Positions 24,591-37,427 of a stretch of 64,000 bases of DNA are shown one piece after another. The number at the start of each line of letters is the position of its first letter. Position 1 is the stretch's first letter. The notes below the pieces were generated by a model, which had not been told where the DNA came from, ran no database searches, and saw only the letters and a list, made by a program, of their open reading frames with translations. Where the stretch lies: assembly GCA_038087875.1 (NCBI GenBank), contig CM075998.1, positions 5,272,001 through 5,336,000 on the forward strand, written 5' to 3'. A program made the position numbers and the translations under genes. Source of the DNA: Malacoraja senta (taxonomy: Eukaryota).

Positions 24591-25234
24591 TTCTTCATTT
24601 AACATGGGGACTACCTCAGGTGTGGCAAGCCATCTAACCCCGAGTTGAGGTTCTTCACCCATGTGCTCTCGATAAGAAAAGGCGCCTATTTTCACCTCCG
24701 CAGCCTTCACCTGTGTATCAGCCAGAGAAAGATCATTTGTGTTTAGTACCTCTGGACGGTGGCATTTCCCATCTTCCCCTCTACTTTATAAACTCATCCA
24801 AATCCTAATTCCATCCCCCAAGTCTTTGTGCATCCCCACTTTGTTTCAATTAATATACCCTATAAAAACTTACCCCACTGATCAATCCTTCCTTGCATCT
24901 TCTCCTTTGGGACTGCGTTGATCTTGATCCAGTGAAATCTCTCTGGATGCTTCAAAGGCGTTCCACGTTGAGGTTTCACGGTTCGGTTATTGCCACATCA
25001 GGGGGGATTCACCCCAGGAAGCCCTGACTTTGACTGATGCGCTGGAGGCTACCCCGCCAGGCATCCAGCCCCATGTTCGCAGTAATGGAGGCGATTGCAG
25101 CAGAGGAGCTATTTTGGGGTTGCGAGAGGAAATAATGCAAATGCAGAAGATGCAAGGGCCACGTTTGCTTCCAGTTCCGCCGTAAACGGAGAACAACGCA
25201 GGGGATGGCAGGCTGCTTTAGCCAAGAGGACCTG

Positions 25235-25774
25235 TGTAGGAAGGAACTGCAGATGCTGGTTTAAACCGAAGATAGACACAAAGTGCTGGAGTAACTCAGC
25301 GGGACAGGCAGCATCTCTGGAGAGAAGGAATGGGTGACGTTTCGAGTCGAAACTCAGGGGAAAGAGAAACTAGATATATAGACGGTGATGTAGAGAGATA
25401 TAGAACAAATGAATGAAAGATATGCAAAAAAGTAATAATGATAAAGGAAACAGTGATCCAGTGGTATGAATATTGATTTCTCTCACTTCAAGTAACCCCT
25501 GCATTCCCTCTCTCTCCACCCCTCCCCACCCAAGTCACACCAGCTTCTCGTTCTCACCCAGCAAACAGCCTGTTTCCTTTATCATCGTTACTTTTTTGCA
25601 TATCTTTCCTCCATGTGTTCTATCTCTCTCTACATCACCGTCTATATCTCTTGTTTCCCTTTCCCCTGACTCTCAGTCTGGAAGAAGGGTCTCGACCCGA
25701 AACGTCACCCATTCCTTCTCTCCAGAGATGCTGCCTGTCCCGCTGAGTTACTCCAGATTTCTGCGTCTATCTTA
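25235..25774. mobile_element. PLE inverted-pair insertion with 15-bp TSD
   Basis: agccaagaggacctg at 25220-25234 and 25775-25789; PSGMNIDFS end of the endonuclease inside. Confidence 0.88.
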
Positions 25775-26132
25775 AGCCAAGAGGACCTGCAGGAACAGTC
25801 AGCCATGCCTATTGCGCTGCCAACAGTAACGGCAATCGTACGGCAAGACACTCCAGCGATGCACGGAGCTCTTTATACTGGGGATATTAAACATGGCAAG
25901 GTTCTTTGAGAAGGAAGGATGTGGCTGGTACTTTATAGTTGGGAGTGTGGACCATGTCAACTCAGCTGCAAAGCAATAGGAGTGTGGGCCAGAGTTGTGG
26001 TCAATGGGGACATGAAGGCCACACCATTTGGAGTGTGTTGTCGGGACGGGGAGGATAGTAAAAGTGAGGAACATTGTAACCCCAATTTGCAAGATGGTGA
26101 TTGCATGCGTCGTATTATTTCATTCCTGTTTT

Positions 26133-26453
26133 AGGTTTAGTTTGGAGACACAGCACGGAAACAGGCCCTTCCTCACCGACCAGCGACCCCCGCACGCTAA
26201 CACTATCCTACACACACACACACACACACTAGGGACAATTTACACACTTATACCAAGCCAATTAACCTACAAACCTGTACGGTCTTTGGAGTGTGGGAGG
26301 AAACCGAAGAACTCGGAGAAAACTCACGCAGGTCACAGGGGGAAAATGTGCAAACTCCGTACAGACAGAGCCCATAGTCGGGATCGAACCCGGGTCTCTA
26401 GCGCTGCATGCACTGTAAGGCAGCAACTCTACCGCTGTGCCACCGTGCTGCCC
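26133..26453 (-). mobile_element. V-SINE
   Basis: Tail, core, head. Confidence 0.9.
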
Positions 26454-27347
26454 TTAAGAAGGAATAGAGGATTGTCCTTTCATACCTTTCGTTTTGAGCG
26501 GGAGTGAGCAAGGTTCATAAAAGACACAGGGATGTGGATCAAAGGCAGGAGTAATGGGTCAGCTTGGATGGGCACTAGGCCGGCATGGACTAGCTGGGCT
26601 GAAGGCCCTCGTGGAACTCATTGCCACAGACGGCTGTGGAGGACAAGTCGATGGGTATTTTTAAGTGGAGATGGACAGATTCTTGATTAGTACGTGTGTC
26701 AGGGGTTATGGGGAGAAGGCAGGAGAATGGGGTTAGGAGGGAGAGATAGATCAGCCGTGATTGAATGGCGGAGCAGACTTGATGGGCCGAATGGCCTAAT
26801 TCTACTCCTATCACTTATGAAATTCTGTTTCCAAGCTGCATGACTCTACAAGGTTAACAACTGAGGTACGAATGAGGAAAGTAGAATCCTCAAATAGACA
26901 ACTTCACTTCGCATTGTGTTGCGGTTGGTGGCATCTTTTTACTGCGCTGGTGTGAGCTGACACAGGAGGTGTGTCTGTGACGCCTAGCCTCCCTGCCACC
27001 ATTCACGGGCAGGGCCGCTGAGGACAGACACCCGGGTGGTGTTTGGGAACTGAGTTTGAGGGAGGAGAGCCTTACTGATCTAATCTGGCCGCCCCCGTTT
27101 TCTGAGCAGGGGCAGGGAGGTGAGACCAATTCCAACCCCTCGCACACTGCAGGAGGGAACGACAGACCAAAGACATAAAGATTAGTTTCTTTTATTAAGC
27201 ATTTCAATGCGCATGTTGATCAATGTTTCCTCCACACGTTGGCCCGTGTGCATCCACCATTTTGTCTGCGTCCTTCACGTTGTTTAGATATTGCGCAGGC
27301 CAGGTTACGCGTGCCTCTGAGAGGGGCAACAGAGCACGGCTACGGAG

Positions 27348-27990
27348 GTACCCCAGCCCTACCTTTGACTCTAACCCAGATGTACCTGTGATACTACCCC
27401 AGCCCTACCTGTGATACTGACCCAGCCCTACCTGTGATACTATCCCAAGATGTACCTGTGATACTAACCCAGCCCTACCTGTGATACTATCCCAGCCCTA
27501 CCTGTGATACTATCCCAGCCCTACCTGTGATACTAACCCAGCCCTACCTGTGATACTAACCCACATGTACCTGTGATACTAACCCAGCCCTACCTGTGAT
27601 ACTAACCCAGCCCTACCTGTGATACTAACCCAGCCCTACCTGTGATACTATCCCAGCCCTACCTGTGATACTAACCCAGCCCTACCTGTGATACTAACCC
27701 AGATGTACCTGTGATACTAACCCAGCCCTACCTGTGATACTATCCCAGCCCTACCTGTGATACTAACCCAGCCCTACCTGTGATACTAACCAAGATGTAC
27801 CTGTGATACTATCCCAGCCCTACCTGTGATACTATCCCAGATGTATCTGTGATACTGACCCAGCCCTACCTGTGATACTATCCCCAGATGTACCTGTGAT
27901 ACTAACCCAGCCCTACCTGTGATACTGACCCAAGCGTACCTGTGACACTGACCCAGATGTACCTGCGACTCTCACCCTGACGTACCTGTG
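27348..27990. repeat. 23-bp minisatellite, about 27 copies
   Basis: Unit tacctgtgatacta(a/t)cccag(ccc/atg). Confidence 0.97.
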
Positions 27991-28017
27991 TCCTTTGCCG
28001 GAGTCGTCAAGAGCTAT

Positions 28018-28310
28018 TCGCTTTGCCTTCTGGCTGCACTTCCCACCCACCACCCTCATCTTTGGACACCCTGTGCGTAGGGGAGAGGGTAGGGCTGAAG
28101 ATGTCCTGGTTGGGTTGCTCCTGGGCCTGGCCCAGCTGGCCATCTGCGAGTCACGGCACCAGGCGGAAGAGGGATTTGCTGTATTTTGTATTATGGAGGT
28201 GGGCTTGTTTGCATCTTTGTGTGTGTTTTTGTAAATGGTTGATTAAAATTATTTTTGGTTAACAATAATTGCTCTTTGTGTTCTGGTGAACGGGCACGTG
28301 AAGAAAAAAA
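28018..28310 (+). mobile_element. L1/Tx1-clade ORF2 3' fragment
   Basis: FWLHFPPTTLIFGHPVRRGEGRAEDVLVGLLLGLAQLAI, T-rich UTR, short A tail. Confidence 0.65.
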
Positions 28311-29739
28311 GATCTCAACGTGAGTGCTGCGAAAATCTGTGTGGCATTGCGAAGCGTTTCAAAGACAGCGATCAACAATGGAGTTGTTGTGGGATTTTTT
28401 GTGGGGGGGGAGCGGGGGGCAAATAGAGCAACAAACTTATGCGCACAGATATCCCACAGTTTGCAGCAGGGATAATGTCCAGATGTACAGATGGCTTTGA
28501 TCGGTGGACAGCAGAAAGCCTTGCGTTGTACCGTTGTTCATGATCAGCAGATGACCTCGTCCTCTCCCGTGCTTTGGTCTCAAGGAGACGAGGACCTTGG
28601 TCTCAGACACGTTCTCATTGGACGCTACATTTAGCGCTGTTACAAGTTGATGCAAAATGGCTCTCGGTTGTAAAGTTGAAGCTTGCAAAAGGGTCCTGCT
28701 GAAATATGGGAGGAATGCCGCTCCCCTGGAAGGTACGTGTGGTTCTTTGTGAGCTGGGAGTGGAATAAAAGGGCGGCATGGTTTGTGCAGCGGGTAGAGC
28801 TGCTGCCTCACAGCGCCAGAGATTCGGAGTTCGATCCTGGCCGCGGGAGCTCTCTCTTGAAAACTCACTGGATCCTCCAGGGATTTGCACAAGGTTGCAA
28901 ACAGGCTGTTCATCCCGTGGCAGATGAGGAATCCGCATCGGAATGTTGCTCGCAAGAGTCAGCTGGAAACTGCGCCTTCAATGCAACTTAGCGGCTTGCG
29001 TCACAGCGGCCATGAAAAGGAAGGACAAGCGAGACACTGGGCAGTGGGAACAGATTTCTCTTACCCCCTCCATACTGTCAGGCAGGCGTGGGTGGATTCG
29101 ATGAGTTGACTTCCTGCAGGGAGACAAAAGCTTGCATCCTCTGAGCCCTCTCGCACGTTCCACCTCAGTCCGTTTGTTCTGTGCAGTCTTGTTTATGGAA
29201 ACAAAGGGCAAGCATTGACAAGCAGCAAACAGCAGAGGCAAACACAGTGACAGACACGCTCTCGTTGTTGCCATGCACTTAGTCTGCGTTACAATTTCAT
29301 GCACAATGGCTCTCGGTTGTAAGCTTGAAGCTTGCAAAAGGGTCCTGCTGAAATATGGGTAGGAATGCGATGCTTTGTGAGCTTGGAGTGGAATAAAAGG
29401 GTGGCATGGTGGCGCAGAGGTAGAGCTTGTGAAAAAATGTTACTGCGATATTCTTACCTTGCCTGGTTTCTTAAAGTTTGTAGTATCCTTCCACAAGTGT
29501 AGCTAGGTGTCAAAATGGCTGGACATAGTGCTCAATGCAAACTCCATCTTCCGCCTGCCATATCTGTCTTGTAAGCATCCTCAAATTCCAAACAGCTCTA
29601 CCATCCTTGGTCATGCTCCTGCTGTGGCATTAAAGACATCCATTAGTTAAACTCAGCCCGTTTACCCAAAGGCAGCTTTGTAGCTTGACATTACACGTGC
29701 CTTCACAAGGAAATGCAGACGCCGGTTTACACAAAAAGA

Positions 29740-29918
29740 CACAGAGTGCTGGAGTAACTCAGCGGGTCAGGCAGCATCTGTGGAGAACATGGATAGGTGA
29801 CGTTTCACAGAGTGCTGGAGTAACTCAGCGGGTCAGGCAGCATCTGTGGAGAACATGGATAGGTGACGTTTCACAGAGTGCTGGAGTAACTCAGCGGGTC
29901 AGGCAGCATCCCTGGAGA
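29740..29918 (-). repeat. 66-bp array (about 2.7 units)
   Basis: Inside the PLE end starting at 29705. Confidence 0.95.
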
Positions 29919-29925
29919 ATGCGGA

Positions 29926-30345
29926 TGCGTCCGTATCGACGTATCGGTTGAGTGGGCCACTGGAGGCCCTGCAACAGCCTGGGCTCAATTAGATCGAGAG
30001 GTCGAGCGAGCAGATCGGACGCGGCCTGCAGCGACACAGAGCAGTGGTGGGGGGCACCGGCAACATCGTCTGGCCTGTGCCAACGCTGACCCAGTGTCGT
30101 CGCCAGGACAACGGGCCTTTATGGCCAAGATGAGTCTTTAACATCTTCAACAACGTTGAACTTGAAGCGTACAAGATGGCGGCGAATTTTGTGTACTGCC
30201 TCAGTGTAATCTACTATTCTTAAACTCTTGTACGCTTACACTTAAACTTAAACTCTTGTACTTAAGTGTGGTTGAGCCCAGGAATAGTAAAATTCTTACT
30301 GAACAGGGAATTTCACTGTACCTACTGTAGGTATGTATCAATAAA
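29926..30345 (+). mobile_element. Unclassified retroposon, paralog of 21366-22100
   Basis: Shared gtccgtatcg, ggaggccctgca, gacaacgggcctttatgg, acaagatggc and tail. Confidence 0.6.
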
Positions 30346-30597
30346 GGAGATAGGTGACAATATGGGTCGGGACCCTTCTTCAGACTAATTATAGTCGGGA
30401 AAAAAGATGGAAGAGAGGAGGGACGCAGCAAACCTGGCAAGTAATAGGTCGCAATGTGTTGGAGGGAACTGCAGATGCTGGTCCACACCGAAGATAGACA
30501 CAAAATGCTGGAGTGACTCAGCGGGACAGGCAGCATCTCTGGAGAGAAGGAATGGGTGACGTTTCGGGTCGAGACCCTTCAGCGTCACCCATTCCTT

Positions 30598-31572
30598 AGA
30601 AACATAGAAACATAGAAAATAGGTGCAGGAGGAGGCCATTCGGCCCTTCGAGCCAGCACCGCCATCCATTGTGATCATGGCTGATCGTCCCCAATCAATA
30701 ACCCGTGCCTGCCTTCTCCCCATATCCCTTGATTCCACTAACCCCTAGAGCTCTATCTAACTCTCTCTTAAATCCATCCCACTGATTTGGCCTCCACTGC
30801 CCTCTGTGGCAGGGAATTCCATAAATTCACAACTCTATGGGTGAAAACGTTTTTTCTCACCTCAGTCTTAAATGACCTCCCCTTTATTCTAAGACGGTGG
30901 CCCCTGGTTCTGGACTCGCCCAACATTGGGAACATTTTTCCTGCATCTAGCTTGTCCAGTGCTTTTATAATTTTATATGTTTCTATAAGATCCCCCCTCA
31001 TTCTTCTACACTCCAGTGAATACAAGTCTAGTCTTTTCAATCTTTCCTCATATGACAGTCCCGCCATCCCAGGGATCAATCTCGTGAACCTACGCTGCAC
31101 TGCCTCAATCACAAGGATGTCCTTCCTCAAATTAGGAGACCAAAACTGTACACAATACTCCAGATGTGGTCTCACCAGAGCCCTATACAACTGCAGAAGA
31201 ACCTCTTTACTCCTATACTGAAATCCTCTTGTTATGAAGGCCAACATTCCATTAGCTTTCTTCACTGCCTGCTGTACCTGCACTCCAACTTTCAGTGACT
31301 GGTGTACAAGGACACCCAGGTCTCTCTGTACCTCCCCCTTACCTAACCTAACCCCATTGAGATAATAATATGCCCCCTTGTTTTTGCCGCCAAAGTGGAT
31401 AACCTCACATTTATCTATATTATAATGCATCTGCCCACTCACTCAACCTGTCCAGGTCACCCTGCAACCTCCTAACATCCTCTTCACAGTTCACACTGCC
31501 ACCCAGCTTTGGGTCATCCGCAAACTTGCTAGTGTTGCTCCTAATTCCCTCTTCCAAATCATTAATATATAT
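30598..31572 (-). mobile_element. CR1 ORF2 RT-end and 3' fragment
   Basis: KCEVIHFGGKN..ERDLGV-like..[32 protein letters not shown]; (tttcta)n tail. Confidence 0.95.
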
Positions 31573-32186
31573 GGTAAACCTTTGCGGCCCCTATTACCTT
31601 CTATCCAGGTAATAGGTTGATACAATTGAGGAGGGTTGTGGATAAGAAGATGGTTGGATAAAGGGCAGAGATGACAAGACAGAAGGTGTGAGACAAAAGG
31701 ATTGAAGCCAGAGGAAGTGGAGAGGGAGGGGGGAAATAGGTACCAGTCCAGGTGGGGCACAGGGGAGGGGAAAGAAGGGAGAGGCGGCTGGATTTTGAGT
31801 TTGTTTTTAGTTCTCTGGGGAGAGCACAGAGAGAGGAAAAAATAGAAAAAAGGTGTCAGAGGTTATGGGGAGAAGGCGGGAGAATGAGGGAGAGATAGAT
31901 CAGCCATGATTGAATGGTGGAGTAGACTTGATGGGCCGAATGGCCTAATTCTGCTCCTATGACCTATGATCTTATGATCATTTGAAAAACAAATAAAAGG
32001 TAATACGTCCATTCCTTTTCGCACTAGGTTTAGGTTTATTATTGTCGTGTGTGCCGAGATACAGTGAAAAGCTTTGTTTTGCATCCATTCCAACCTCATC
32101 AGATAATACTATACACACAGTTCAAACTCAAGTGCAGTAGGTAGCGCAAAAGAAAAGATACAGAGTGCCGAATGTCGTTCTCCACA

Positions 32187-32760
32187 TGTGTAAAATCATG
32201 AGAGGAATAGATCGGGTAGACGCACAGAGTCTCTTGCCCAGAGTAGGGGAATCGAGGACCAGAGGACATAGGTTTAAGGTGAAGGGGGAAGGATTTAATA
32301 GGAATCCGAGGGGTAACTTTTTCACACAAAGGGTGGTGGTGTGTATGGAACAAGCTGCCAGAGGAGGGACTATCACAACGTTTAAGAAACAGTTAGACAG
32401 GTACATGTGCAGGAAGGAACTGCATATGTTGGTTTAAACCAAAGATAGACACAAAAAGCTGGAGTAACTCAGCGGGACGGGCAGCATCTCTGGAGAGAAG
32501 GAATTGGTGATGTTTTGGGTCGAGTCCCTTCTTCAGATTGTGAAGGAGGGTCTCGACCCGAAACGTCACCCATTCCTTCTCTCCAGAGACGCTGCCCGTC
32601 CCGCTGAGTTACTCCAGCGTTTTGTGTGGAGAGACAGGTACATGGAGGGACATGAACCAAACGCAGGCAGGTAGGACTAGTGTAGCAGTGACATTGTTGG
32701 CCGGTGTGGGCAAGTTAGGCCGAGGGGCCCGATTCCACACTGTATCACTCTATCACTCTA
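32187..32760 (+). mobile_element. CR1 3' fragment with nested PLE inverted pair (32405-32628)
   Basis: KIMRGIDRVDAQSLLPRVGESRTRGHRFK; agacaggtacatg on both sides of the insert. Confidence 0.85.
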
Positions 32761-34090
32761 TATGACACATTGGTAAAATATTATAAGAATAACTGGAAAT
32801 TATGCGAGATTTACAGGTAGAAAAGAGATTTTAAAGGTTCAAAGGTCTTTTATTGTCACGTGTACAAATAGTAGATCCTCAGCTGGGCCCAGCACACAAA
32901 GGTCCCCACAGCCAAGTACCATGGTCTTCTACATGCCTTTTTCTTGGACATTTTTGGACTTGATCGGTGGCAAGGTTTACCGATATACTAACCACTATTA
33001 ATGTTTAAAATCCTGCATGCGTCAATTGATGGAAAAGTAATTCATCCAACTTAGAATGAGGAGGGGATTCAGCCAAGGACATTGTAAATTAATTAGTCAA
33101 ATAATATAGACAAGAGACACAAGGAACTGCAGATGCTAGAATCTCGAACAAAACTCACAGTGCTGGAGGAACTCAGCAAGTCAGGCAGCATCCGTGGAGG
33201 GAAATGGACGGACCACGTCTCAGGTATTCAGACTGAAGAAGGATCCCACTCTGAAAGGTGGCCTGGCCATTCGGTTTAGTTTAGTTTAGTTTAGTTGAGA
33301 GATGCAGCGTGGAAACATGCCCTTCGGCCCATCGAGTCCACACCGACCAGCGATCACCACATCCACTAGTTCTATCCTACACACACACTAGGGACAATTT
33401 ACTGAAGCCAATTAACCTACAAATCTGTACGTCTTTGGAGTGTGGAAGGAAACCGGAGCACCCGGAGAAGGTGACCTGTTTGCTTTGTTGTCACCTTCTC
33501 CAAGTTAACAGTGATCTATTCTACATTTTCCTTGATTCTCATCTCTTTTGATGTCTCATTTTCACACCTTACCCTTCCTTATCTCGGTGTCTCCCTCTCC
33601 CCTGAGTCTGAAGAAGGGTCTCGATACGAAACGTCACCCATTGCTTCTCTCCAGAGATGCTGCCTGTCCCACAGAGTACTCCAGCATTTTGTGTCTATCC
33701 TTTGAAGCAATGATCAGCTTTAGTTGAATGTAAGTGAGAGGGAAAAGGAAGTCAATGGAAGGCTTCTTCTCCATGCAAGGAGAACTGTGCAAACTCTGGA
33801 CTGATGCGCAAGACCACTTTGCCATCTGCGTTCTTGTTCCACTACTCTTGATCAACACAGTTGATTCTACCTTTAAACCCATCTGCTCGTCCTGTAAGCT
33901 AAGGTACAGAAATAATCACCTGTAGAAACACAAGAGATCCTCCAATGATCCAGGATTCTATGGAAGCCATCAGACAGGTGGGTGTCTTTCTTCCAAATAT
34001 GTACTTCATGTCTTCCAGATCATCAACTGGAAAACATAAACAGTAGAATCAGTATTTAAAACCAACCAGCAGGCAGGATGTGGGATTGTA

Positions 34091-34965
34091 CAGTAAATAG
34101 ACAATAGGTGCAGGAGTCGGCCATTTGGCCCTTCGAGCCAGCACCGCCATTCACTGTGATCATGGCTGATCATCCCCAATCAGTACCCCGTTCCTGCCTT
34201 CTCCCCATATCCCCTAACTCCGCTATTTTTAAGAGCCCTAATCCTCGTTAGAACGGTCCATAGGCGAGGGGGAATGATGTCTGTTATTGCCGATTGTCCG
34301 TTATAACAGAGTACGGGGATTATCATTGCATAAGTAGTAGAAACACACAACTGCAGTTGCTGGTTAATACACAAATGGACACAAAGTGTTGGAGTAACTC
34401 AGCGGGTCAGGCAGCATCTGTGGAGAACATGGATAGGTGACGTTTCACAGAGTGCTGGAGTAACTCAGCGGGTCAGGCAGCATCTGTGGAGAACATGGAT
34501 AGGTGACGTTTCACAGAGTGCTGGAGTAACTCAGCGGGTCAGGCAGCATCTGTGGAGAACATGGATAGGTGACGTTTCACAGAGTGCTGGAGTAACTCAG
34601 CGGGTCAGGCAGCATCTGTGGAGAACATGGATAGGTGACGTTTCACAGAGTGCTGGAGTAACTCAGCGGGTCAGGCAGCATCTGTGGAGAACATGGATAG
34701 GTGACGTTTCACAGAGTGCTGGAGTAACTCAGCAGGTCAGGCAGCATCTGTGGAGAACATGGATAGGTGACGTTTCACAGAGTGCTGGAGTAACTCAGCG
34801 GGTCAGGCAGCATCTGTGGAGAACATGGATAGGTGACGTTTCGGGTCGAGACACTTCTTCGGACCCTGGATGGTGGACCCCGGTGGTGGTCAGCACAGCC
34901 TGGTGGTGAAGGTCGGTAGGTCTGTCCCCTATAACCAAAGTCCGTTATAAAGAGGTCCGCTACTG
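34091..34965. mobile_element. Tigger/pogo-like MITE, split by a CR1 tail and a 66-bp array
   Basis: ta|cagtaaa[CR1]tcctcgttagaacgg ... ccgttataaagaggtccgctactg. Confidence 0.5.
34380..34845 (-). repeat. 66-bp array (about 7 units)
   Basis: Between a PLE tail (34340) and a hammerhead head (34835-34863). Confidence 0.97.
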
Positions 34966-35082
34966 TGCAGGTATTTGGCAGAGTGTTGGCAGGGAAAGGA
35001 TGGATGTCCATTACAATAGCTAGATGGGCCCATGTCCAAATCTGTTTTACTATTCCTGTATCAGTTACCTCATACTTTCGAT

Positions 35083-35375
35083 TAGAGATACAACATGGAA
35101 ACAGGCCCTTCGGCCCACCGAGTCCGTGCCGACCAGTGATCACCCGTTCATACTAGTTCTATCTTATCCCACTTTCTCATCCATGCCCGACAGCAAATTT
35201 TACACAGGGCCGATCAAACTACAAGCTCACACGTCCCTGGGATACGGAAGGAAGCCGGAGCACCCGGAGGAAACCCACGCGGTCACGGGGAGAACGTACA
35301 AACGCCACACACAGACGTCACCCGTGGTCAGGATGGAACCCGGGTCACCGGCGCTATGATGCAGTAGCTCTACCC
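35083..35375 (-). mobile_element. V-SINE
   Basis: Tail, core, head. Confidence 0.85.
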
Positions 35376-35647
35376 TCTACATTTCAGATCATTGCTCCAC
35401 TGTTCGTAGGGCCATGCACGAAGAGTCATGGACAGAAGCCCTTTGGCCCACCAAATGTGATTGCTCGGATAATATTCAAATCCATCTGTGTGTCAGAAAA
35501 TGCAGGATTGAGCAGAGAAATAGGAATATTTAATAATCTTAATTAATAATAAAATTTTAAACTGAAATATTTCTTCCTGTGTCTTCTCCATCACTTGGGG
35601 CATTGATGGCAACGATGAAAAGATGATGTAGTCATCTTTATCCTTTA

Positions 35648-35857
35648 TCCTCCACTTCATCCTCCAGCACCTAGACCGCCAGGGGACCTATGCAAGGATT
35701 TTGTTTGTGGATTTTAGCTCTGCATTCAACACCATTGCACCAGAGCTAATACACTCCAAACTCTCCCAGTTGACTGTGCCTGAACCCCTCTGTCAGTGGA
35801 TCACCAACTTCCTGACAGACAGGAAGCAGCATGTGAGGCTGGGAAAGCACATCTCAA
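35648..35857 (+). mobile_element. Rex1/Babar reverse transcriptase fragment
   Basis: LHFILQHLDRQGTYARILFVDFSSAFNTIAP...WITNFLTDRKQHVRLG. Confidence 0.85.
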
Positions 35858-36055
35858 TAGACAATAGACAATAGGTGCAGGAGCAGGCCATTCGGCCCTT
35901 CGAGCCAGCACCGCCATTCACTGTGATCATGGCTGATCATCCCCATTCCGTATTGAATAAAATGTATTCAATTCAATTCAATTCTTTGTTCTATCTGGGA
36001 CATATGACAATAAAACACTCTTGATCTTTGACTACGTTTGTTAACGTCACAGAAA

Positions 36056-36320
36056 TGGGCGTCACGGTGGCGCAGCGGTAGAGTTGCTGCCTCACAATGC
36101 CAGAGACCCGGGTTTGATCCTGGCCACGGGTGCTGTCTGTACGGAGTGTGCACGTTCTCCCCGCGACTGCGTGGGTTTTCTCCAGGGGATCCGGTTTCCT
36201 CCCACACTCCAAAGGCGCACAGGCTTGTAGGTTAATAGGCTTCTGTAAATTGTGTGTGTAGGATAGAAATAGTGCGAATGGGGGATCGCTGGTCGGCACG
36301 GACTCGGTGGGCCAAAGGAT
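36056..36320 (+). mobile_element. V-SINE
   Basis: Head, core, partial tail. Confidence 0.88.
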
Positions 36321-36826
36321 CTTCTAAAACAAAAACTTAATATTAGGCCTTATTCGACTAGCAATGTGATGATGAGTGGAGGGGAGGAAAGAAATCAGCA
36401 ACGTAAGCTGAGATTTGTCTGTGAAATGACAGGATGATGTTGGCACTGAATGGAACAAGCTGCCAGAGGAGGTAGTTGAGGCAGGTACCATAACAGCATT
36501 TGGATAGGTACACGGATAGGACAGGTTTAGAGGGATTTGGATCAAACGCAGGCAGGTGGGACTAGTGTAGGCGGGACATCTTGGTCGGCATGGGCAAGTT
36601 GGGCCTGTTTCCACTCTATGACACAGATGGAGAACATTTGGCTGTTGTTACAACCTTGTTAAATGTTGTACTTCACTTAGCTTTTTCTCCATGAACCTGC
36701 AGATATTTTGTAATGTATTCATTCATTCCTTCGGGTCACAGATATTGCCAGTGTTTATGGCTCATCCCCAAATGCCCCTCAACTGAGGAGGTAGATTAAG
36801 AGTCATTTGGTGGGCTTGCACTCACA

Positions 36827-37427
36827 TAGTTTAGAGATAGAGTCTGGAAACAGGCCATAGGGCACACCGAGTCCGTACCGACCAGCGATCCACACACACT
36901 GGCACTATCCTGCACACACCAGGGACAATTTACAATTTTACCGAAGCCAATTAACCTACAAACCTGCACGTCTTTGGAGTGTGGGAGGAAATCAGAGCAA
37001 ACCCGGAGAAAACCCACGCAGGTCACGGGTGAACATACAAACTCTGCAGTCAGGATTGAACCTGGGTCTCTGGCGCTTTAACGATACAAGACGATGGAAC
37101 TTTATTTATCCCAGTAGGGAAATTGATCTGCCAACAGTCAATAAAACACAGAATACATGAAACATGAAATTAAAGTGACGAGTGGAAAGGCTTGGGGGAT
37201 GTACAAAGATTGTGGAGGGAGGGGGGGGGGGGGGAGTCAGTCTCAGTCTACCCCACGACAGAAGGTGGAGGAGTTGTACAGTTTGATAGCCACAGGGAAG
37301 AAGGATCTCCTGTGGCGTTCTGTGCTGCATCTTGGTGGAACCAGTCTGTGCTGAAGGTGCTCCTCAGGTTGACCAGTGTGTTAGAAACTCTGCTGCTTAA
37401 GGCAGCAATTCTACCGCTGCGCCACCA
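36827..37427 (-). mobile_element. V-SINE split by a Rex1-type 3' end (37083-37380)
   Basis: Insert reads CSTERHRRSFFPVAIKLYNSS on the minus strand. Confidence 0.75.

Noticed and set aside
24590..25230. Possible exon pair or decayed ORF (minus-strand GT-AG intron 24711-24873)
   Set aside because: Peptides unrecognised and the segment is bounded by CR1 and PLE insertions; unsupported without RNA data.
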